A stretch of 64,000 nucleotides of DNA from Deltaproteobacteria bacterium (lineage in GTDB: Bacteria > Myxococcota_A > Polyangia > Polyangiales > Houyiibacteriaceae), in the NCBI GenBank assembly GCA_034670305.1, contig JAXMNT010000007.1:128001-192000 (forward strand). The letters run 5' to 3'. The position numbers and the translations under genes are program-made. Positions within the stretch are counted from its first letter, which is position 1; each line of letters opens with the position of its first letter. Shown piece by piece: positions 28,130-37,295 of this stretch. Under the pieces are notes generated by a model. That model was given only the letters and a program-made list of their open reading frames with translations, had not been told where the DNA came from and made no database searches.

Positions 28130-30492
28130 GGAGCCCCTCGGGAGTTCCTACGTTGTCCGGATCCTCGAGTTCGTTCAAGGAGGCGGTCCCGCCGCGCACA
28201 GGCCGCCCTCTGCCCGAGGGAGCACAACTCGGATTCAGCGGTCAGCGCCCGACCAAGCTGGTCCATCTCACGGGCCAGCCTGGAAAGTTCGACCAGAGGC
28301 CGATGTTCTCGGGGTGCAAGCCGGTGGGCCTCTTCCAGGGCACGCATCTGAGCGCCCTGGTTCCCCAGGTCCTCCTCGAGACTTGCGAGAAGAAGAGCTG
28401 CCTGGAGCAGTTTTCTCGCCGACCCCGAAGCCAGTCCACGCAGTCGCCCAATCTCCTCACGCATTGCGGGGGCATCGCCCTGTGCCGCCAACAACTCCGC
28501 CCGCGCTGCGGACGTTGTACTCGTCGGGGGCAACCGGTCCAGCACGGCCGCAGCCGAGGCCCACTCCGCCCTGGAAACATAGAGTTCCGACAGCGCCACG
28601 GCGAGGGACTGATTTGCGGGGTGCAGCTGGGAGCTCGTTTCAAGCAGACCGATGGCGCCCACAACGTCCCCCGCGTCGCTGCGTGCTCGAGCCGTCCGGC
28701 GGGTTGCATCGGGATGGCCAGGAGCCTCCGTCAGGAGGAGTTGGTCGACTTCATCGCGTGTCTCTCCCGAGGTGCACCGGCCGAGCCCCTCAAGCACGTG
28801 GAGTCGCTGGGGCCCCGACAGTGGCACCGCACTCAGGATCCCCGGGACCGCGGAGTACCCACAAAGCTGTTCCATGACGACACTGGGCTGCAAAGTCGTC
28901 GCCTCTCGAAGCTCCAACAGCGCCTGGTCGCGCGCGCCGAGCCGCCACAAAGCGTCCGCCGCCATCGCGTGGGGGGATGCCCATCCCGGCGCCAGCTCCA
29001 TCGACCGGTTCAGCCAGCGGAGGGCGCGCCGCGGGTCGGTTTGAGCCTCCTCGTGTGCGACCCATAGCAGGATCGATGCGTCCAGCGGATGCAGTCGAAC
29101 GGCATCGCGAAAGTCCCCCTCGAAATCAGACCGGAGCGCACGCACGAGACTGTCGGGCCGACGACTGTGTACTCCCGGTGCCAAGACGCACACCACTGCC
29201 GCGAAGACACCCCATGTACCCCAAGCGCCGCGCCGTCGTCTCGAGCCCTTTTCCCGTGGGAGAAGCGTGGCCAACATCCCCACCGCGATCATCGCGATGG
29301 GAAGAAGTTCCAACGCGTAGTCGACCAGGTCGTGGACAAGGAGCGCCGCAACGACGCCGGCAAGCATCTTCGACGTGCTCCTGGTTCCTCGGTCCGTCGC
29401 AGTTCGGTACAGAAGTCGACCGATCACCGCGATGGCGAAGAGGGTGAACGGCACCCCCCATTCACTTCCCCACTGAACCACGATGTTCTCTGGGTAGAGG
29501 AAACGACTGGTCGTCCCCTCCAAGCTCGCGAACACGGAACCGAACGCGCCCCTCCCGACTCCGAGCACGGGAAAGCTCGCTACGAGTTCAAGTCCCCGCC
29601 CAGCGACTTCGAGTTTCGTGAAGTCAGAGTCCAGAAAATCTCGCTGGAGCGCCCCCAGTCCGACGTAGGCTGCCACGGCTGCGCCGGCACCCAACATGGG
29701 AACCAGCAGTGAGCGGGTGCTCCCTCTCCGACACCAGACGATCCAGGCAAACCCCAGCAGAAGCCCAAGAACGCCTCCGCGGGACACAGCGATGAGGCAC
29801 ACCGCCACGCACACCGCCCCGAATACCCAGCACACCCGCTTGCCAACTTCGTTCGTGCGTCGGTGCAGAGCCAGGATCACGAAGAGTTGGCCTCCCAGCG
29901 CTGCGACTCCCGACAGATGGTTGTTGTTCGTCAGAGGGGTGAGGAAGTTCGGCGCACGATGTGCCGGCAGGTAGGTCCCCCACACCTGGTCGAGCGCCAG
30001 CACCTCGTGAACGGCTCCCGCAGTGACGAGGAGCCCTACCGCGCTCGCACTGGTCACCACGATTGCGTACTGGCCACCGGAGGTGTTCGACACCAGACGT
30101 GCGGCGAAGTACGCACTGGCCACCCCCACTGTGACGAGGAGAGCTTCCATCGTAGCGCCAGGGTCAAGTGTGAGCGGAGCCCAGGCGCTCGTACTCCCAG
30201 CGAGCTCGAGGCTTCGCTGAGCTACGAGGCGGTTGGGTGCCAAGTACTCCAACACTGCGAGCGGCACAGGGACCAACTGAAAAGCGGTCAGCACGACTGC
30301 GCCGAGAACCAGTCCATCCAAGCGCTGGAGCCTTGGGATGGTGCGTTCGGTGAGAAGGACAGCCAGAAACCCAAAGAGGGCCGAGGCGGCGATGACGCCA
30401 ACGGACCAACCCGGTTCCCCACCCATGACGAGGGGACCCAGTGCAATCGGTGCCAGGGCGAACCAGCGCGCCTGGGTGCGCTCGATCCTCAT
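28126..30492 (-). CDS. O-antigen ligase/Wzy_C family membrane protein with C-terminal TPRs
   Basis: About 12 TMs, 'NNNHL', 'SRGG', 'GVGRGAF...YPENIVVQWGSEWG', TPR tail. Confidence 0.8.
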   Translation of the reverse strand: MRIERTQARWFALAPIALGPLVMGGEPGWSVGVIAASALFGFLAVLLTERTIPRLQRLDGLVLGAVVLTAFQLVPVPLAVLEYLAPNRLVAQRSLELAGSTSAWAPLTLDPGATMEALLVTVGVASAYFAARLVSNTSGGQYAIVVTSASAVGLLVTAGAVHEVLALDQVWGTYLPAHRAPNFLTPLTNNNHLSGVAALGGQLFVILALHRRTNEVGKRVCWVFGAVCVAVCLIAVSRGGVLGLLLGFAWIVWCRRGSTRSLLVPMLGAGAAVAAYVGLGALQRDFLDSDFTKLEVAGRGLELVASFPVLGVGRGAFGSVFASLEGTTSRFLYPENIVVQWGSEWGVPFTLFAIAVIGRLLYRTATDRGTRSTSKMLAGVVAALLVHDLVDYALELLPIAMIAVGMLATLLPREKGSRRRRGAWGTWGVFAAVVCVLAPGVHSRRPDSLVRALRSDFEGDFRDAVRLHPLDASILLWVAHEEAQTDPRRALRWLNRSMELAPGWASPHAMAADALWRLGARDQALLELREATTLQPSVVMEQLCGYSAVPGILSAVPLSGPQRLHVLEGLGRCTSGETRDEVDQLLLTEAPGHPDATRRTARARSDAGDVVGAIGLLETSSQLHPANQSLAVALSELYVSRAEWASAAAVLDRLPPTSTTSAARAELLAAQGDAPAMREEIGRLRGLASGSARKLLQAALLLASLEEDLGNQGAQMRALEEAHRLAPREHRPLVELSRLAREMDQLGRALTAESELCSLGQRAACARRDRLLERTRGSGQRRNSRGAP

Positions 30493-30500
30493 TGGCGGAC

Positions 30501-32414
30501 CTAGGGGTGGACCGCGAGGACGGGGCTTGGAGATGACTGCTGGACTGGGTCGGGGTCTTGGAGTCCTCCGGTGTACTCGGGGACGATTGCCCGCAACAGC
30601 TCAGCGAACCCGTTGCTCTTGCCTTCCACGCTCATCAGCAGAAGGGATGTGACCTTGGCTTGAACTTCGGGTTCGGCCGGGGCGAGATTGCCGATGTAGA
30701 TCTTGGGGTGTTTCGTTCTGGTCGCGTGTTCTGCGTCCGTCGCAAGTTCTTCGAACAGTTTCTCACCTGGGCGGCACCCTGAGAAGACGACCTCGATGTC
30801 GTCTCCCTCCCGAAGCCCCGACAACGCGATGAGGTCTCGGGCCAGGTCCACGATTCGCACAGGTTCTCCCATGTCGAGCACGAAAATCTCGCCGCCTTCA
30901 CCCATCGACCCGGCCTGAAGCACCAGCTGGCACGCCTCCGGAATGGTCATGAAGTACCGACTCATCTCTGGATGGGTGACCGTTACGGGACCCCCACGCG
31001 CGATCTGCTCACGGAAGATCGGGACCACGCTCCCATTGGAACCAAGCACGTTCCCAAACCGCACCGTCACGAACCGGGTGCTGCTCTGCCGAGCCACCGT
31101 CTGGACGTAGAGTTCCGCGATTCGTTTGGTGGCACCCATGACAGAAGTGGGGTTCACCGCCTTGTCGGTGCTGACCATGACGAACGAGTCACAGCCAAAG
31201 CGATGGCTCATGTCCGCGACGATCTTGCTCCCGCCGACGTTGTTCTTGATGGCTTCGCCTGGGTTCCACTCCATCATCGGCACGTGCTTGTGGGCCGCCG
31301 CATGAAAGACCGCATGGGGCCGATGGCGCGCGAAGATGCTCTCCATCCGCGCAACGTCGGTCACGTCCGCGATCAGGGGGACAACCCCTAGGTGTTGGAG
31401 TTCTCGGTGAATCTCGAAGAGGGCCCCCTCGGCCTGTTCGACCAACACCAGCTTTCGGGGGTTGAACCGTGCAATCTGCCTGCACAGTTCGCTGCCGATG
31501 CTCCCCCCCGCGCCGGTGACCAGTACGACACGATCCTCCAGAAACGACTCCAGTGCGGTGAGGTCCAAGTCAACTGGCTCACGTCCGAGGAGGTCCTCGA
31601 TCGCGACGTCTCGGATTCTGGAGAGGTTGACCTGCCCGCCAACGATTTCGTAGAGACCCGGAATGATCTTCACGGGAAGCCCTGCGTCCTCGCAGACCGT
31701 GCGAATCCGACGGACGACGGATCCAGGTACGTTGGCCATCGTGATGAGCGCTTGGCGGGCGCCAAGTTCGGCTGCTAGGCGAGGCACGTCTTCGGTCACG
31801 CCGACCACGGGCACACCGTGAATCACGGTCCCCCGCTTCACCGCATCGTCGTCGACAAAGCCCACGGGTAGGACGAAGAGGTCGGGCCGCTGTCGAAGCT
31901 CCCGCGCGACCATCACCCCTGCCTGTCCCGCCCCTATCAGCAGGGTTGCCACGGGTTCGCGGCCAGGAGGAACGACCTCCGAACGTCGATCCGACCGTTC
32001 GCCAACAAGCCGACGGGTTACGCGAACGCCAACAATCGCTCCGAAAGAGAGGGTCAGATTGACCGCAATGACACCGTAGGGAACGACGCCGTGTCGGAGG
32101 TATGCGACTTCGTGTGCCCAGTGCCCCAGCAAAGCACGGCTCAGTGCGAGAAGAAGAGTGCTGAAAACCATGGCGGCCAGCACCCGCCCGACTTCTCGGA
32201 GGCCGATGTACCGCCAAGAGTAGCGATGAACGCCAAAACCGACGAGCACGAAGTACTCGAGCGCGACCACATAGGGGGTCACAAGCAGCATCCGACCGAG
32301 GAGATCGGCGGGCGGCGCCCAGTCGAAACGAAACTGGAACGCCAGGACGAACGCCAGCGCCAGGCTGATCAAGTCAATCCCCAGCTGACTGATTCGTGTG
32401 AGACTCCGTTTCAT
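30501..32414 (-). CDS. pglF: membrane-bound UDP-GlcNAc 4,6-dehydratase (PglF/CapD/WbpM)
   Basis: Four N-terminal TMs, TGAGGSIGSE, HAAAHKHVP, STDKAVNP, VRFGNVLGS. ATG at 32414. Confidence 0.9.
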   Translation of the reverse strand: MKRSLTRISQLGIDLISLALAFVLAFQFRFDWAPPADLLGRMLLVTPYVVALEYFVLVGFGVHRYSWRYIGLREVGRVLAAMVFSTLLLALSRALLGHWAHEVAYLRHGVVPYGVIAVNLTLSFGAIVGVRVTRRLVGERSDRRSEVVPPGREPVATLLIGAGQAGVMVARELRQRPDLFVLPVGFVDDDAVKRGTVIHGVPVVGVTEDVPRLAAELGARQALITMANVPGSVVRRIRTVCEDAGLPVKIIPGLYEIVGGQVNLSRIRDVAIEDLLGREPVDLDLTALESFLEDRVVLVTGAGGSIGSELCRQIARFNPRKLVLVEQAEGALFEIHRELQHLGVVPLIADVTDVARMESIFARHRPHAVFHAAAHKHVPMMEWNPGEAIKNNVGGSKIVADMSHRFGCDSFVMVSTDKAVNPTSVMGATKRIAELYVQTVARQSSTRFVTVRFGNVLGSNGSVVPIFREQIARGGPVTVTHPEMSRYFMTIPEACQLVLQAGSMGEGGEIFVLDMGEPVRIVDLARDLIALSGLREGDDIEVVFSGCRPGEKLFEELATDAEHATRTKHPKIYIGNLAPAEPEVQAKVTSLLLMSVEGKSNGFAELLRAIVPEYTGGLQDPDPVQQSSPSPVLAVHP

Positions 32415-32550
32415 TGGCTCAGCAGCACCCCCATGCGGGTAGGGTTTCCCACGAACGCAAGAAGATTCAAGGAGAGTGAGTTGAACCGCCTTTCGGGGCG
32501 GGGCAACGGGCTTGAAGCAGGGGCGGAGGCGTGACAGACGCGGTGGAACG

Positions 32551-33159
32551 ATGGTGCGGCGCAAGAGAGCGGTGAAACGGGCGGTCGATGTGGCGGTGGG
32601 CGCTGGGGCACTCCTGGTGTTCAGCCCGCTGATGGTTGGCGTCGGCGTGGCGGTTGCGCTGACGCACGGCTGGCCCCCGCTGTTCTCCCAAGCCCGTCCC
32701 GGCCGCCATGGTCGCGTCTTTCGGATCTACAAGTTCCGTACGATGACCAACGAGCGGGGTCCTGACGGTGAACTGCTCCCCGATGCGGCACGCCTCACAC
32801 GGTTCGGCCGTTTTCTCAGGTCAACCAGTCTGGACGAGCTTCCCGAGCTCTGGAACGTCGTCCGAGGCGACATGTCGTTGGTAGGGCCCCGCCCGTTGCT
32901 TGTTTCCTACCTGCCGCTCTACACCGTGGAACAGGCGCGCCGACATGAGGTGCGACCGGGAATTACCGGCTGGGCCGCTGTCAACGGGCGAAACCTGGTT
33001 GGCTGGGAGGAGCGGTTTGCAATGGACGTCTGGTATGTGGACAACTGGTCCCTTCGCCTCGACTTGCAGATTCTGCTGCGCACCGTTGGAGTGGCCCTTG
33101 GACGGGACGGGATCTCCAGCGAAGGCCACGTGACAATGCGCCCGTTCGAGGGGTCATGA
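32551..33159 (+). CDS. pglC: monotopic phosphoglycosyl transferase (PglC-like)
   Basis: 'KFRTM', 'SLDELPEL.NV..GDMSLVGPRP', 'RPGITG'. Confidence 0.9.
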   Translation: MVRRKRAVKRAVDVAVGAGALLVFSPLMVGVGVAVALTHGWPPLFSQARPGRHGRVFRIYKFRTMTNERGPDGELLPDAARLTRFGRFLRSTSLDELPELWNVVRGDMSLVGPRPLLVSYLPLYTVEQARRHEVRPGITGWAAVNGRNLVGWEERFAMDVWYVDNWSLRLDLQILLRTVGVALGRDGISSEGHVTMRPFEGS

Positions 33160-33794
33160 AGCGGATCGCCATCATTGGGGCGGGCGGTCAAGCGCGCGAC
33201 ACCGCTTGGCTGATCGAACAAATCAACGCACAGGCGGCCCAGTTCGAGTTCGTCGGGTTCCTCATCAGCGACCTGAGCGCGCTGAGCCCGGACGACAGTC
33301 CGGTCGTCGGCGACGAGAGTTGGCTTGAGGAGAACGAGATCGACGCTCTTGCCCTTGGGATCGGGTCGCCATCCGCCCGACACTCCGTCGCAGCGCGGCT
33401 CGAAGCCAAACACCCTTCCATCGAGTGGCCACAGCTCATACACCCGTCCGCGATCGTGAGGCACCGGACCAACGAAATCGGACACGGCGTCATGATCTCG
33501 TCGTACGTTGTGGCCACGGGCGGCTGCACCATCGGCGACCACGTCGTGCTCAATCCCCATGTGACCATCGGCCATGACGCAGACATTCGCCGGGCGACTG
33601 TCCTAAACCACGCTGCCGGCGTGAGCGGCACCACTCGAATCGGAGAGCGCGTGCTCATCGGAACGGGAGCGCGCGTTCTCCAAGGACTGCAGGTGGGGCA
33701 GGGCGCGACTGTGGGCGCCGGCGCGGTCGTGACCAAAGACGTCGAACCAGACACTGTGGTCGTCGGCGTTCCGGCGAGGAGACTTGTGCGATGA
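33156..33794 (+). CDS. pglD: sugar N/O-acetyltransferase (PglD/NeuD family)
   Basis: 'IIGAGG', 'IHPSA', 'GHDA', hexapeptide repeats ending 'GVPAR'. Confidence 0.85.
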   Translation: MKRIAIIGAGGQARDTAWLIEQINAQAAQFEFVGFLISDLSALSPDDSPVVGDESWLEENEIDALALGIGSPSARHSVAARLEAKHPSIEWPQLIHPSAIVRHRTNEIGHGVMISSYVVATGGCTIGDHVVLNPHVTIGHDADIRRATVLNHAAGVSGTTRIGERVLIGTGARVLQGLQVGQGATVGAGAVVTKDVEPDTVVVGVPARRLVR

Positions 33795-34912
33795 GGATCT
33801 ACCTTTCCCCCCCTCACATGGGGGGTGAAGAGTTCGGCTTCGTGGAGGAGGCGTTCGCTTCGAACTGGCTGTCCACCGTCGGGCCCAACATCTCCGCGTT
33901 CGAGTCCGAAATGGAAGCCAGGATCGGGCGTTCCTGCGTCGCGCTTTCGTCAGGCACCGCAGCCCTCCAGCTGGGCCTTCGGTTGGCTGGTGTCTCCGCG
34001 GGTGACGAAGTGTTGTGTCCGTCTCTGACGTTCGTCGCGAGCTGCAATCCGGCCCGCTACCTCGGTGCGCGCCTGGTGTTCGTCGATTCCGAGCGCGAGA
34101 GCTGGAACCTGGATCCTGAGCTGCTCGAGGAAGCCATCCAGGATCGGATGAGCGCAGTGGGCTTTCCTCCGAAAGCGCTGATCATCGTCCACTTGTATGG
34201 TCAGACCGCGAAAATGGTCGAAATCCGTGAGGTGTGTGAACGGTATGGCATCGAGATCGTGGAGGATGCCGCGGAAGCACTCGGAGCCACCTACAAGGAT
34301 GCACCAGCAGGCGCGCTCGCCCCGTTCGGAGTCTTCTCGTTCAACGGCAACAAGATCATCACGACCACCGGCGGAGGCATGTTGCTCACGGAGGACCCTG
34401 CCGCAGCGATGAAGGCGAGATTCTGGTCGACCCAGGCCCGCGACCCCGGGGTCGCATACGAGCACTCGGAGCTCGGATACAACTTTCGACTGTCGAACGT
34501 TCTCGCCGGCATCGGACGAGGCCAACTGCGAGTGCTGGACGCCCGTGTCGCCCGGAGGCGGGAAATCGCGTTTCGGTACCGCGATGAACTGGAGCCGCTT
34601 GGAATGCGGCTGATGCCGCAAGCCGCCCACGGCGTCCACACCAACTGGCTGAGCGTGTTCCTTGTGGAGGGGAAGGAGGCCTCGGCCCGTCGCGACCTGC
34701 TGATCGAAGCGCTGGGTGCGGACGACATCGAAGCCCGCCCGGTCTGGAAGCCAATGCACCTCCAGCCTCTCTATGCGGACGCCCCGATGTATGGAGGCGC
34801 CGTCTCAGAAGACCTCTTCGCACGGGGTATCTGTCTGCCAAGCGGAACCCAGATGTCGCCGGAGGATCAGGGGCGAGTCATCTCCTGTGTACACCAAAGC
34901 GTGACTCGTTAG
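33791..34912 (+). CDS. pglE: DegT/DnrJ/EryC1/StrS sugar aminotransferase (PglE/EpsN-like)
   Basis: 'LSPPHM', 'SSGTAA', 'EDAAEALG', 'SFNGNKIITT.GGG', 'GYNFRLSN'. Confidence 0.9.
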   Translation: MRIYLSPPHMGGEEFGFVEEAFASNWLSTVGPNISAFESEMEARIGRSCVALSSGTAALQLGLRLAGVSAGDEVLCPSLTFVASCNPARYLGARLVFVDSERESWNLDPELLEEAIQDRMSAVGFPPKALIIVHLYGQTAKMVEIREVCERYGIEIVEDAAEALGATYKDAPAGALAPFGVFSFNGNKIITTTGGGMLLTEDPAAAMKARFWSTQARDPGVAYEHSELGYNFRLSNVLAGIGRGQLRVLDARVARRREIAFRYRDELEPLGMRLMPQAAHGVHTNWLSVFLVEGKEASARRDLLIEALGADDIEARPVWKPMHLQPLYADAPMYGGAVSEDLFARGICLPSGTQMSPEDQGRVISCVHQSVTR

Positions 34913-36325
34913 ATGGTCTTCAACTCTCTCGTCTTCATACCATTCATGGCATTGGTCCTGGCAGTCCGGTACGCGCCAATCGGATGGAGGTCCAAGAAGT
35001 GGTTTCTGACGGCCGCAAGCTACGCTTTTTACGCGGCATGGAACCCTCCGTTCGTTCTGTTATTGCTCGGTTCAACCGTGGTGGATTGGGTGCTTGCCCG
35101 CCGAATGCCTGCCGCCACAAGCCGGGGACGCAGGGGATTGCTCTGGCTGAGCGTGTGCACAAACCTTGGCCTCCTGTCGGTCTTCAAATACGGCGACTTT
35201 ATCTGCGATATGTTCGCACAACTACTCGGCGTGGTGGGGGTCGCCTACGAGGCTCCTGAGCTCGGACTCATCCTACCCGTCGGGATCTCATTCTACACAT
35301 TCCAAACCCTCTCTTGGAGCATCGACGCGTACCGAGGCAGGCTGGACGCGAGGGAAGTCTCCTTCGGAGACTTTGCACTCTACGTTGCGTTCTTTCCACA
35401 ACTAGTTGCGGGTCCAATCGTGCGCGCCGTGGAATTTCTCCCTCAGCTAACGACTCCACGCCCATATGACCGGAGAACGTTTTCATGGGGGGCAACGTTG
35501 CTGGTCATCGGATTGTTCGAGAAGATGGCAATTGCCGATGGCGTACTGTCGCGCACATCCGATAGAGCGTTTGCCGCAGCCACAGAACTCTCGACTTTGG
35601 ACGCCTGGTTCGGAGCCCTCGCCTTTGGAGGCCAGATCTACTTCGACTTCGCCGGATACTCTACCTGCGCGATTGGCGTGGCGATGATGCTGGGGTTTGC
35701 TTTGCCCGACAACTTTAGATTCCCATATGCCGCCATTGGGTTCAGCGACTTTTGGAGGCGATGGCATATATCTCTCTCCACCTGGCTACGCGACTACCTG
35801 TACATACCTCTTGGAGGAAACCGACAAGGAGAACGACGCCGTTCGGTAAATCTCATGATTACGATGCTGCTAGGTGGATTGTGGCACGGGGCGGGGCTGG
35901 CGTTTGTCTTATGGGGCGCGTTGCATGGCGCATTCTTGGGTATTGAGCGCGCGACTTTGCACGTTGCCCCAGAATGGATGCGAGGCCGAGTTGGAAGCGG
36001 CCTCGCACTCTTGGCCACTCAGGTGGGGGTGCTCGTCGCCTGGGTTCCGTTTCGTGCGACCAACCTACCCGATGCGCTTCACTTCCTCGCCGCAATGGGC
36101 GGAGCCGGCTCCGCGGATCGGGTCTTGTCGTCGGGCAACATCGCCCTGACTACACTCGTTTGCGGCAGCATCTATGCTGGACAGTATTGGTTGAGGTCCA
36201 CCACATTGGAATCTCTGGCAGGGAGCACGCCGGGTTGGGTCTGGGGAGGTTTTCTTGGCTTGATGATGCTGGGTGTACTGACTTCTGGAGGGGAATCGCG
36301 TGCCTTCATCTACTTCCAGTTCTGA
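34913..36325 (+). CDS. MBOAT O-acyltransferase (AlgI/PatA-like)
   Basis: 'LPVGISFYTFQ', 'FFPQLVAGPI', 'DFWRRWHISLSTWLRDYLYIPLGG', 'GLWHGA', C-terminal FIYFQF. Confidence 0.93.
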   Translation: MVFNSLVFIPFMALVLAVRYAPIGWRSKKWFLTAASYAFYAAWNPPFVLLLLGSTVVDWVLARRMPAATSRGRRGLLWLSVCTNLGLLSVFKYGDFICDMFAQLLGVVGVAYEAPELGLILPVGISFYTFQTLSWSIDAYRGRLDAREVSFGDFALYVAFFPQLVAGPIVRAVEFLPQLTTPRPYDRRTFSWGATLLVIGLFEKMAIADGVLSRTSDRAFAAATELSTLDAWFGALAFGGQIYFDFAGYSTCAIGVAMMLGFALPDNFRFPYAAIGFSDFWRRWHISLSTWLRDYLYIPLGGNRQGERRRSVNLMITMLLGGLWHGAGLAFVLWGALHGAFLGIERATLHVAPEWMRGRVGSGLALLATQVGVLVAWVPFRATNLPDALHFLAAMGGAGSADRVLSSGNIALTTLVCGSIYAGQYWLRSTTLESLAGSTPGWVWGGFLGLMMLGVLTSGGESRAFIYFQF

Positions 36326-36335
36326 CAATTCATTC

Positions 36336-37295
36336 ATGCGAGCCCCCCAGACGCCACTCGCCTGGCTCGCGGCTTCGACCGTCTTCCTGCTCTGCAGTGT
36401 CGGGCTTGAGGGGCTGTGGCGATCGCGCGGGCTTGAACCTCTCCCTACCGACGGCCCCGACAAGTGGGTCGAAAGTTACGTCGGCGCAATGGGTACGGAA
36501 GGTGCTGCAATCGTCCTTGGGTCCTCCAGGAGTGCGCTGGGGGTCGACCCGACTGTGCTTGCTGAGAGTCTCGGAGTGCCAACCTACTTGCTCGCCATCA
36601 ACGGTGCGAACCCGATTCCGCTTCTAGAGCACCTGGCGAATGACACAGACTTCCGCGGCGTGGTCTTCGTGGAGTTCATGGAGCGACGGTTCTTCACCGC
36701 CGAACCCGAAGATTTCGAGACAACTCGTCGTTTCATAGCAGCAGCCTCCGACCCGTCGCTGGTCCGTCGACAGGAGGCATCGCTCCGGGAGTTGTTCTCC
36801 CGCCACCTCGTGGTGACAGGAAACGCGGTGACCACCGTGGCCGTCGTTCGCTCGCTCGCGTCCGAGCGCGAGTTGCCACGCCCCCCACCGCGGCACATGC
36901 GTGACGACCGTTTCATCGAAACCGATGTCTCACAGATTGATGGAGATGCGCTTGACCGCCGGTGGGCTCGGGTTGTCGAGGAAGCCGTTCTTCTCGATGT
37001 CCCGGCCCAGCAGGAACAACTCGAGGCCATTGCGGGATGGCGTAGGACTCTGACCGCACGAGGTGCAACCGTGCTGTTCTTTCGACCACCTTCTACGGGA
37101 GTCACAGGTTCAGTCGAGGATCGACGATTCCCGCGCGGCCAGTACTACGACCGGGCCAAACGCATCATCGGAGGTCACTGGGTTCACGGGGAGGATGACC
37201 ATCAACTTCGGTGCTTCGACGGCTCACACCTCGACCCCAGAGATGTGCCCCTCTTTACCGCTCGACTCGCAGCCGCCATCGACGACCGGACTTAG
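36336..37295 (+). CDS. membrane-anchored SGNH-like acyl-transfer partner (AlgJ/DltD-like)
   Basis: N-terminal TM, 'VLGSSR' and 'DGSHL' (DxxH). Directly follows the MBOAT. Confidence 0.6.
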   Translation: MRAPQTPLAWLAASTVFLLCSVGLEGLWRSRGLEPLPTDGPDKWVESYVGAMGTEGAAIVLGSSRSALGVDPTVLAESLGVPTYLLAINGANPIPLLEHLANDTDFRGVVFVEFMERRFFTAEPEDFETTRRFIAAASDPSLVRRQEASLRELFSRHLVVTGNAVTTVAVVRSLASERELPRPPPRHMRDDRFIETDVSQIDGDALDRRWARVVEEAVLLDVPAQQEQLEAIAGWRRTLTARGATVLFFRPPSTGVTGSVEDRRFPRGQYYDRAKRIIGGHWVHGEDDHQLRCFDGSHLDPRDVPLFTARLAAAIDDRT

